Shown piece by piece: positions 53,950 to 64,000 of a DNA stretch of 64,000 nt. Under the pieces are notes generated by a model. The model was not told the origin of the DNA, ran no database searches, and saw nothing but the letters and a program-made list of their open reading frames with translations. The stretch spans positions 47,678,001-47,742,000 of the forward strand of contig OX597824.1 in the NCBI GenBank assembly GCA_951406725.2, read 5' to 3'. The position numbers and the translations under genes were made by a program. Each line of letters begins with the position of its first letter. Position 1 is the first letter of the stretch. The stretch is from Octopus vulgaris. Its lineage: Eukaryota.

Positions 53950-55443
53950 ATGACAACCAAGAGGAAAAGAAACGATCTGTCAATCGCTGACCAGTATGAA
54001 GCAGTTATTCTACTGGGGCAGAAGATGTCCCAAACAGAAGTGGCAAAGAAACTGGGATGTTCACAATCCCAGATATCCAGACTGACCGCAAAGAAAGAAG
54101 AAATTATAGCAAACTATCGATCTAATGCCAATCCAAAGAGAAAAAGGCAAAGATCTGGAAAAGATGCTGATGTAGAGGGGGCATTATCTCAATGGTTCAA
54201 CAATGCCAAGTCCAGAGGCATTCCTTTATCAGGACCTATTCTGTCGGAAAAGGCCAAAGATTTAGCAGAGCATCTAAACAGAGCAGAGTTCAATCCTACA
54301 AGTGGATGGTTATCTCGATGGAAAGTAAGACATAACATCAGATTCAAAAAGCTTAATTGTGAGAAGAAAGATGCAGTTGATAACTGGACACGTACAGTAT
54401 TACCTGAGATTCTACAGACTTATAATCCCGATGACATCTACATTGCAGGTGAAACTGGATTGTTCTACAGAGCCCTTCCAGATGTTACGCTTACCTCCAA
54501 GACAGAGACAAAGAGCAGAACCAAAAATTACAAAGATAGAGTTACAATTATGGGGGCATCCAATATGTCAGGAAATGACAAAAGAAAATTATTAGTGATT
54601 GGCAAAAATAAAGACCCCAGAAGCCTCAATGGGAAAACACTTCCGGTGACCTACAAACACAGTAAAAACGCTTTGATGACTGTAGAGATATTTACTACAT
54701 GGCTGAGAGAATTTGACAGAGAGCTGACTCGAAAGAAAAGAAAAATTGTATTACTTGTTGATAGTTGTACTGCCCACCCAGCAATTACAAATCTCAAACA
54801 AGTCAAACTGATGTTTTTTCCATCAAAAATAATAAAAGTAAAACAACCATGCAACCAAGGCATTATAAAAGCTTTGAAATCACTATATAGAAGTGCCTTG
54901 GTCAGAAATCTTATTCTTGACATTAATGGTCATCCAGAGATTAAAGCAAATGCCAAGAAAATCACATTATTGGATGCTTTTCATTTAATTGCAAAATCAT
55001 GGAACAATTTGAAGACTTCTACAATAATCAGTTGTTTCCAGAAAGCTGGTTTTACATGTGTTGACACTCCACCTGCTGAAGAAGATGTGGTAGTCCCTCC
55101 TACTATGTTGACAAAAGAGCAGTTTGAAGAGTATGTAGCCCAAGATGATGATCTGGAGTGTTACAGTATCCCAACATATGAAGAACTGGTTGCCTCATTC
55201 ATGAATGATGATGCAAAATCAACAGATAGTAACAACAGCAATGAAGAAGATGATAAAGATGTGATGCTACCTGTCTCTACAACAGATGTTGGACTTGCTC
55301 TGTCAACGGTGAGAAGATTCTTAGAAGAGAACAATTGTGAAAATTTTGACAGTTTTTATGCTGTTGAAGACTTATGCGAATCCATAGCCGCTCAAAATCA
55401 TAGACAGTCAAAGATCACAGAAGTTATCACCTGGATACCATAA
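53950..55443 (+). CDS. Tigger/pogo transposase-derived protein (TIGD4/6-like), probably domesticated
   Basis: Intact 497-aa intronless ORF with CENP-B-type double HTH (KRKRNDLS; GIPLSGPILSEKA; SGWLSRWKVRHNI), DDE_1-type domain and acidic tail. Catalytic positions altered (AGETGL, QPCNQG). No TIRs seen. AATAAA at 55695. Confidence 0.9.
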   Translation: MTTKRKRNDLSIADQYEAVILLGQKMSQTEVAKKLGCSQSQISRLTAKKEEIIANYRSNANPKRKRQRSGKDADVEGALSQWFNNAKSRGIPLSGPILSEKAKDLAEHLNRAEFNPTSGWLSRWKVRHNIRFKKLNCEKKDAVDNWTRTVLPEILQTYNPDDIYIAGETGLFYRALPDVTLTSKTETKSRTKNYKDRVTIMGASNMSGNDKRKLLVIGKNKDPRSLNGKTLPVTYKHSKNALMTVEIFTTWLREFDRELTRKKRKIVLLVDSCTAHPAITNLKQVKLMFFPSKIIKVKQPCNQGIIKALKSLYRSALVRNLILDINGHPEIKANAKKITLLDAFHLIAKSWNNLKTSTIISCFQKAGFTCVDTPPAEEDVVVPPTMLTKEQFEEYVAQDDDLECYSIPTYEELVASFMNDDAKSTDSNNSNEEDDKDVMLPVSTTDVGLALSTVRRFLEENNCENFDSFYAVEDLCESIAAQNHRQSKITEVITWIP

Positions 55444-58239
55444 TGATGACATTTAAAACCTCATACTTGTGCAAATTACAAATTTATTTTAATTAATCAC
55501 TTGTTGAGTCTTGTACAGGAAATGGATTAAGACATGGATACTTGAACAAATGAAAGTAACATTCTACCTCCAGAAAACATAAGAAATAATTAATTTATTA
55601 GTTTCTTGTTAAAGAAAGTTGTTGTAGATCGGTTAAATATATCATTCGAAGGGTAACAAGGTTGATCTATAATAATTTTCTAATACATTAAACAAATAAA
55701 TATTATTTCCCATTGCTTCAGAAATAACACAAAATATGCTGTAAGTAAAAAAACAAATTCTTGTTTTGTGATCCATTGATGTGTAATGTAGCTACAATAG
55801 TTGAAGGAGCCTCTTTGTGGTTGCTCATCTTGCTAGAAAAAACATTGAAACCTTTCTCAAATCATAACCTCTGTCTTAAAGAAAGGATGCATTGGATGAT
55901 GTAGAGCTCTATATACACTGTCTGTAGAAGTAGTATATCTGAATGGTTTGCTTTAGAACCACAAGTTTTCAGGTTTGAATCCACTATATGGTATTTTGGG
56001 CAAATGTCATTTTCTAACTGCAGGTCAACTTATAATCTGTGAGTAAATATAAGTAGCTGGAAACTGTAGAAGCCTATGTCACACTGATTTTGCCTGAGAA
56101 TTACTTTAAAGATATCCATGTCTGTGGAATGTTCATCCACTTAGCTCGTCAAACAACTGTATCCCTGTCATCATCAGAATTCTACCATTCACCAATATGC
56201 ATTGTCTGTGAAAAGGTAGGATAGTTATAGTTAGAATCATATATCTGTTCAATACTGGCCAACCAAAAGCTAAACAATCGTGGTTGTTCTTCAGTCAGAG
56301 ATAAAGTAATATTCCATTTTCAGAGTTAAAAAAAGAAAATTGTTTTTATATTAACTTTATTGAATTTATTTTTGTAATATTAATAGGTTACACCCTTTCA
56401 GCTGTACTATAGTGTTTAAATTTTGCAAATACTCAACCCAAATAACATTCATTTTTCTAAATATGTTTTGTTAGTTTCAAATAGGGTAGGTGATGGTTGT
56501 TGTTTTTTTTCCGAGAAATTAAGTGTTTTTAATAGTTGTGTGAAATCTTTTGGTGTATCAAAATATTTAGTATTAACAAATACTTGACACCATTTTTATT
56601 GTTTTGTTATTTGCTTTGATCAAGCAGAGTTCTGATGAAAGGCATCAGCCATGACTCTCCGTGCATATATCAAGCATAGTGCATCTAAGATGACTACATT
56701 ATATAATGTGTCCTTCATTTAAGAGAGCAGGGTATAATGTGGAGGAGATTTGGTTGCTATTTTATCAGGTTGAACAACCACATTGAGGCTCACACACAGG
56801 TTTTAATGGAGAAAGCACTATCAATATATTTTACCAACTAAATTGTTTGATTTTTTACAGTTGTTAACTGATTTGACTTTGTTTGTCAACAGTTTGTCTT
56901 GAGAAAAGCATAGCACATAATCTCACATCCTTTTCCTTAGAAATCAATTTTTTTAGCTGCTCTTAAGTAGGATTATTATTTAAAACCTCATCATTGATAT
57001 TACTGTTGTTATGATTCTTAATGCAATGTTTCTTTTGGATAATTGAACTCTTTCCTGTAAATAAAGTATAAGTTTGCATTTTGTTACATATTGTGATATT
57101 GACAATGTGAATAATGAAAAGGAGTAGTATTTGTTTTTTAAAAAGAAATTGCCTTAAATTTAGAATCAGGCAAGTTTTCATTATCACTAATAGACCTCAC
57201 ATCGTGATTGGCATACCTAATACATGATAAGCAGAACATGCAGCATGTTTAAAGTTTTCAGAAATATTTTGAAAGAAATTTTTACAGAACAAGAAAATGC
57301 ATGCATGCATTCTTACACACACACACACACACACACAGATAGATATAGATATGTACTTTCATTTTTCTCTTTTTTCTTTAGTCCATTTTCCAATTTTTAC
57401 CCTTTCTGATACAAGGCCCTATTTCCTTTTCCAAGTGTAAAGGATAACATGTTTTACTGATTTCTAAAAAATGTAAACAAACATACATGCATGCATAATT
57501 CATATACTCACACATGCATACACACATGTATATCTATGCATATCCATAGGTATATATGAATATGAGTATAAATATGTGTGTGTGTGTGTGTGTGTCTGTA
57601 TGCAAGAGAGAGAGAGATATGTCTGTGCATTTATATGTGTATATAAATGTATGTTAATATACTTTGTGGTGGCATCTGTGTGTGTGTATATATATGTATA
57701 TAGGTGTATATATATATACGTGTGTATTTATATGTACATATATATGTATATGTACAGATGTGCGTGTGTGTGTATATTCACACATTATAATCGTATCTGA
57801 TTGTTCAAGTGATTCAATTCTTTGTATGTACATATACTTACTAGATTGCTGACAATTATTAATGGTTTATCTCATATTCTATCATTAATAAAACTCTGCA
57901 TATTTCATGACATATTTCATGGTGTGTGTGTGTGTAAATATACACTGGCGAAAATAAATTTAAGACCGATGATAAAAGTTCTATTTCTTACAAAATATTT
58001 TGTTACTAACACCATACAAATTATTTTTATCTTTTACACCTTATGCAGAATGTATTTCTCTTTTGAATGATGCAGACAATAACTATTTTTATACGACTTG
58101 AAGAATTCTAATGCTAAATTAATATAAATGTTTCAAATTTACCGGCAAAATTAATTTAAGACCATGTAATATGTATGCAAATTTTTTTGCCAAAATGGGT
58201 GATCACACAACTAGCCTAACTGCACTATATAGTGTTATA

Positions 58240-60870
58240 ATTTAATGTTATTATACAATTGATTAATAATGGGAAAACAACGTAGCTTCAGTCCTGTCAT
58301 AAGAGCAAAAATTGTATTGCTCCACCAGCAAAAAGTTTCCTTTACATAAAAATATGTAAAACAAATGATAGACGAACAAAAGACAAAACAAATGAGGTCA
58401 TGAAATGGGATTATGCTCCAACCCCACGAGCCCTGTCCCACCACTGATACTTGTGATAAGGTCTATGGCATGTTCATGAGGTATCTTTCACACTCAGCAC
58501 TCATGCTACATGCTTCCATCTATCTTTGAACATTTTCTCTGACAGGCATTTCCTTTTCAGGTGAGAAGTGAAAAAACTCACTAGCCCCAGACCAGAGATG
58601 AAATTGCCTGTTGCCATTCCTTTCATTCTCAACTTCCATATCACCTCTCTTGTGATTGCTACTACCATGGGAAAACAATTCTTACCTTTTTTTGTTAGAA
58701 AATCAGGTGGGTTAAATTTTATAATTGACTCAGACGACAGCTGTACTCTTCTTGTGTCAGACAACAGGTGTTCTGCATAAGCCCACACTTCTGACACTTC
58801 CGGACATTGAACAATAGTGTGCAGGATGGTTTCCCTATCCTGCTCACATCTTGGACAGGCCGATGGGCTGGGATGACCGTGTCTAGTAAGCTTATCCCAA
58901 ATGGGTAAGGCCCCTCAGTAACATTGCCAGGCCAGAGACTTTTGGAAGTTATCCAATGTCTTCAGCCCAAACATCCATTGGAACAGACTGTCCAGTTGAT
59001 TATTATCGAGACCCAGGGTCTCCTCTAGGGCATCATCACATCAAGACTCTACCAACCTGCTATAAAATTATGTGGTTGTACGAAAACCACTGGCATTGCC
59101 CGAGTGACAGAAAAGCAGGAGAGCCTTACGACACTCCGTGTACCATGTACCCTATTTCGATCTTCGATGGAACCAGTTTTCTTGTCCACCAAAACTAGTG
59201 AACCTGGGAAACATCCGTTTCGTCAGTGGAGACCACACCCATTCACCATCCAGGAGGAGCCAAAGATGCCTCAACCTCAGCACATGTTTGCGCATCAACA
59301 GCCAAGGTATCCCTAGTCCACACTTCAATGGTGTTTGACAGCAGATAGAATGTCTCACAAGTGGAGTCGAGCCTTTCCACAAGAAGTGGAAGATCTGTCT
59401 CTCCAACTTGCCCAACAATAAATCTTATATGATTCCCTTTGAGTCGAATGTTTGCATTTATACATGATTTTTTGACAGTCTTTCCTTTTTTTTTTTTCCT
59501 TATACTGTTCATATTTCACTACAGACGGTGGAGTGTCATGCAACCATATCCTGTCCATCACACTTACCAATCCACCGAATGCATCCACAAATCCATCAAA
59601 CCCCACTGTCCCGCACAAGAACTCCTCTATCATCTCTCTCAGCAGCTTCACTCTCACCAGTCCCTTCCACTCTGCCATTCTTTTCTCCACCTCCACACTC
59701 CTTTTGCAGACCATCAGAATCCCTTTCAATTACATTCCTCTTTCTTTGTTGTTCCTCTTCCTGCTGCTTGCGTACTTTCAAGTTTAGGTTGTTCCTCAAC
59801 CCTTTGTGGCCTCCTCTTGGCTTCTGTTGCTGGTCCCTGTTCTAGCCTTCCTTCCTCTTTTGGGGCCGACAAACCCATCACTCCCCTCCTCGACCTCTTA
59901 CCTCAATTCCTTTCTTCTCCCTTGCATCACTGCCACACTCAATATTGCTCCTGTCCTTCCCTGTTTCAGCTCTCCCATCTCCTTTTCCTGCTCCCCTTCT
60001 CCTACCTTCGAGCATGCTCAAACCTGGGGCACTGTGTCTTCACATGACCCCTCACTCCACATATACAACAATTGGGTTGTCGTCCCTCTACAACAACCTT
60101 CAACACACCTTCCTCTGCTATCTCAATCTGGTAGGGGACTCATCCTATGTCCCCAAACATGGCAAAAATCCATATCTCTACACTGAATCCCCACCAGTTT
60201 AATGTATTTGTCTCTCCCATTGGTCCCAGTTCTGAACTCTCCTCAGTGGCAGCCAGAACAGCCACTACCAACCACTCTGTCTTGATTTCAGGCAGCACTC
60301 TCGCCACTCTGACTCGAACTCTGCACTCTCTCCCGTACATGGGCAACAGTGCTACCCTGCTTGACCACAGAATTGGGGTGAAATGTGAGGCTGCCTCCTC
60401 TTTGGTGACAAATCTCACCTCCACCGTGCCGTATCCTCCTCCTCTGCCAATAAAAGTAGCTTTCCTCATTACGTCTCCCAGACACTCCTCAACATCGTCC
60501 TCCGACAACCTCTCCATCCTGCTGGTGGCGACTGCTTGTGTGCGGTACACTACCGTCCCATCGCTCCCATCCTTCACTGTTTTCTGTGGAGGGACCAGCT
60601 TGATAGTGTCTCCTACCCTCTGCATAAGTTGTTCACCTCTCAAAACCTCCTCCATATCAACCTCCATCTGCCTTGCTTCCAACAGTGCAGCAGTCCTTGC
60701 ATAGCTTTCCATGATAGGAAAAGCTAAGCCTTTTCTCACCCACAATAGGGAGAAAAACAGCAAATAACAAATACACGTAAGTCACTTCAACAGTAATGAT
60801 AATTGTAATAACAACAGCAAGTCTCAAAAACACAATTCTCCTCCATTACACTGTGGTCAGAAATGACTAA
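58240..60870 (-). mobile_element. Tx1/L1-like LINE copy 1, internally deleted
   Basis: ORF1-like 60140-60763 joined to the ORF2 C-terminus (FHFLWKG; CPRC..ETILHTIVQC). No endonuclease or RT core seen. Confidence 0.65.
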
Positions 60871-60900
60871 ACTAGAAAAATGGCTGCCATCATACTTGAT

Positions 60901-62985
60901 TCTTTATTATCCACTAGGGGCCAACATAGATGGGGATAGTACAATCTGAGGGGTCAGATACAACAAAATGAATTTTACAAGAAAATGCAGTTAAAAATTT
61001 ATATATAATACATACAAAAAATGATGACAACACAACAGACAACACAGATGGAGTGGTGTTTGGGTTCAGCTCTGACCCCACGAGCCCCAATTCACCACTG
61101 ATACCTTTAAGACACTTTATGGTATATTCACACAGTTACAACCACTCGCAACACTCATGCTACATATTTCCAGCTTTCGTTAAACACTTTCTCCAACAGA
61201 CACCTCTTCTCTATCTTTGTAAGGCAAGGCCAGAGATGAAGCTGCCTGTCATTACTCCTTTCGGCATTCCTTGACAAAACCAAAACAAACATTCTACTGT
61301 TTCTGTGACAACTCCACAGACCTCCGTGACAGCTGCTAAAATGGGAGGAGGAGAAGAAAGCTAATGGGTTGTGTGTGCGTGCTTTTTCTTGTCTGTGTGT
61401 GTGTGCATGCTTATTCTTGTCTACACACAGACAAGAACAAGCACGCACGCACACACAGACAAGAACAAGCACGCACGCTCACACAGACAAGAACAAGCAC
61501 GCACGCTCACACAGACAAGACCAAGCACACACACACACACACAGACAAGAACAAGCACACACGCACACACAGACAAGAACAAGCATGCACACACAACCCA
61601 TCAGCTTTCTTCTCCTTCTATTTCAGCAACTGTCACGAAATTATTTGAAGTGAATTGTCGAGTTGTCATGGAAACAGTCAAATGTTTGTTTTGGTTTTGT
61701 CAAGTTAAATCGAAGGAACACCTTCCTTTCATTCTTGTCTTCCATACCATCTCTTTCGCTATTGGTACTACAGTGAGAAAGCAATTCTTACCTTCATTTG
61801 ACAGAAAATTAGGCGGGTCAATTTTTATAATTGACTCAGTCGATAGCTGTATTCTTCCTGTACCAGACAACAGATGTTCCGCATAAGTCCACATCTCCGA
61901 TACCTCTGGACACTGAACAAAAGCGTGCAGGACGGTTTCTCTATCCCGCTCACATCTTGCGCAAGTTGGCGTATCACATTGACTGTGTCTTGGAAGCTTA
62001 TCCCAAACCTCTGTAACATTGCCAGGTCAAGGACTTTTGGAAGTTATCCAGTGTCCACAACCCAAACGTACGAAAAAACAGGCTGTCAAGTTGAATATGC
62101 CTGAGACCCTGAGTCTCTACTGTAGTACTGTCACCACTGGCATTATCTGAGCAATGGAATAGCAGGAGGGCTATGTGACACTCCGTATGCCATTCACTCA
62201 ACCTAGATCTACGAAAGCACCAGGCTTCCCATCCACCAAAACTAGCAAATGAGGGATACGTTTGTTTCACCAGCAGAGACCACACCCGTTCACCATCCAG
62301 AAGAATCCATAGATGTCTCAACCTCAGTGTGTGTTTGCGCATCAACAGCCAAGGCATCCCTAGTCTTCCCTTTAACAGTCTTTGACAGCAAATAGAGCGT
62401 TTTACAACTGGCTTTGAGCCCTTCCACACAAAAATGAAAGAGCTGTCTTTCCAACTTGATCAACCATGAATCCAGCAAATAATAATGGTTAGACGGTAGG
62501 CCAATGTGTTCATCACATTGGTCATTACAACCGATGCGAGGAACACATTGGCCACCTCTGCCCGCCCTTTCAGGGACAGCCACTGTCAAGACCAGGTTCT
62601 GACTATGTGAGCCACTCTGCTCGTAACTTCAGCCCAGTTCTTCTCTACATGGAGGTCTTGACCAAACCAGAACCCTAGCAACTTAACCGGGCCCTCTGTC
62701 AAAGTCCTACGACGCTGTCTGAAGGCATCGACTTGCCCCTCCAGGTACCAAGTTGCAAGCCGACCAATTTTTCCAGGTTAATCTTTGCTCCTGCCACCGT
62801 CTCATAAACCTCAATGGCCTTGCCTACCTCCTGTAAGTGTTCCATTTTCGTCATCTGCATAAGCTGAAACCGACTTTCAACATCCTGGCACTCTTGGGAT
62901 GTCACTCAACCTTTTGCAGTAACAGCTCAAGAGCCAAAACATACAAAAGCAATGAGAGTGGACACCCTTGGTGACCGAGTGTTTG
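60901..62985 (-). mobile_element. Tx1/L1-like LINE copy 2 (ORF2 3' half)
   Basis: AGAKINLEK, GRLGMPWLLMRKH and IESIIKIDPP-like segments shared with copy 1. Confidence 0.7.
61255..61720. mobile_element. Palindromic MITE with internal ~28-bp satellite, inserted in Tx1-like copy 2
   Basis: TTGACAAAACCAAAACAAACATT..AGAAGAAAGCTAATGGGTTGTGTG versus CACACAACCCATCAGCTTTCTTCT..AATGTTTGTTTTGGTTTTGTCAA; repeat unit CACACAGACAAGAACAAGCACGCACG. Confidence 0.75.
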
Positions 62986-64000
62986 ATCCAGCGGATCATG
63001 CTAGCTCCATTTCTTTCAAGCCTACGCGTGTCCTCCGCAGTCATGGCCCATGTTTCACTACTGTGAAGCATGGCAGTTCGCACACATGCGTTGTACAATC
63101 TACCTTTCACTCTGAACGAGAGACCCTTTGTTGCCAGTAGAGGAAGAAGCTTTCTAAACTTCGTCCAGGCTATTTCTTATTCTAGTGGTAACACTCGCTG
63201 AGCATCCACCCCAACTAATAACTTGGTCACCTAGGTAGCGGAAGCTATCAACTACTTCTAGTTTTTTCCCCTGGAGTGTGATGGAATCTGTTTTCTGAGT
63301 ATCTGTGGTGTCTATTACCCCTGTGCGTCTGCCGTACAAGAATGCTATCTTCTCGCTTAATTTTTCTTTGATGTTGCTGCACTTCTTATGTGTCCATAGC
63401 TTACACTGGGTACATCTTATGGAGTTTCTACCTACACCTTTTCTACATATTGAGCTGGGCCACCTACCTGAAGGGGTGTGTGATGAGTTCACCTTCCTAC
63501 TTACTAGAACTTTGGTCTTTGCTACATTGACTCTAAGGCCTTTTGATTCTAAACCTAGCTTCCACACCCAAAATTTCTTTTCTAGTTCCGGTAGTGATTC
63601 TGCTATGAGGGCCAGGTCATCAGCATAGAGGAGCTACCAGGGGCAACCTGTCTTGAATTCCTCTGTTATTGTCTGGAGGACTATGATGAATAAAAGAGGA
63701 CTGAGGGCTGAACCTTGGTGGACCCCTATTTCTACCCGGAATTCTTCACTATACTCATTGCCAATCCTAACCTTACTAACGGCCTCTCTGTAAAGGGCCT
63801 CTACAGCCCTTGTTAACCATTCATCAATCTCCAGTTTCCGCATCACCCACCAGATAAGAGATCGGGGGACCCTGTGAAAGGCTTTCTTCAAGTTCACAAA
63901 AGCTTAGTATAGGGGTTTATCTTTAGCTAGGTATTTCTTCTGCAGTTGTTGAACCAGGAATATGGCATCAGTGGTGCTTCTACCCGGCACAAAACCAAAA
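62985..64000 (-). mobile_element. RTE(-X)-like LINE RT fragment, same family as 47831-49222
   Basis: GVHQGSALSPLLF, LLYADDLAL and VDSFRYLG motifs. Confidence 0.85.

Noticed and set aside
53900-53950. Fusion of the Cys-rich exon to the TIGD ORF
   Set aside because: Nearby AG acceptors are out of phase or lead to an in-frame TAG.

Overview
AT-rich, repeat-dense eukaryotic genomic DNA. The SINE/LINE repertoire and microsatellite load suggest an octopus or other cephalopod (inference). Four host genes can be read, all on the + strand. (1) The 3' part of a multi-exon long coiled-coil gene (<1 to ~19.4 kb) with an internally duplicated giant exon. (2) A five-exon secreted protein with two divergent cystatin-like domains (28478-46955). 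(3) The first coding exon of a tiny CxxC/zinc-ribbon-like protein (52919-52967). (4) An intact, intronless, catalytically mutated Tigger/pogo-derived TIGD-like ORF (53950-55443), which probably lies in the intron of gene 3. The rest is mostly transposon debris: R4/Dong-like, RTE-like, Tx1/L1-like and CR1 LINE remnants, several tRNA-derived SINE families, Tc1/mariner, hAT, piggyBac-like and Helitron-like non-autonomous elements, an Academ-like remnant and foldback elements. The most notable unannotated signals are degenerate minimal hammerhead-ribozyme motifs (one clearly in the loop of a foldback element), a SINE tail matching the 3' end of a Tx1/L1-like LINE, the QxVxG-less double cystatin, and the exon-duplication and new-donor event in the coiled-coil gene. 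All calls were made by eye, without database searches.
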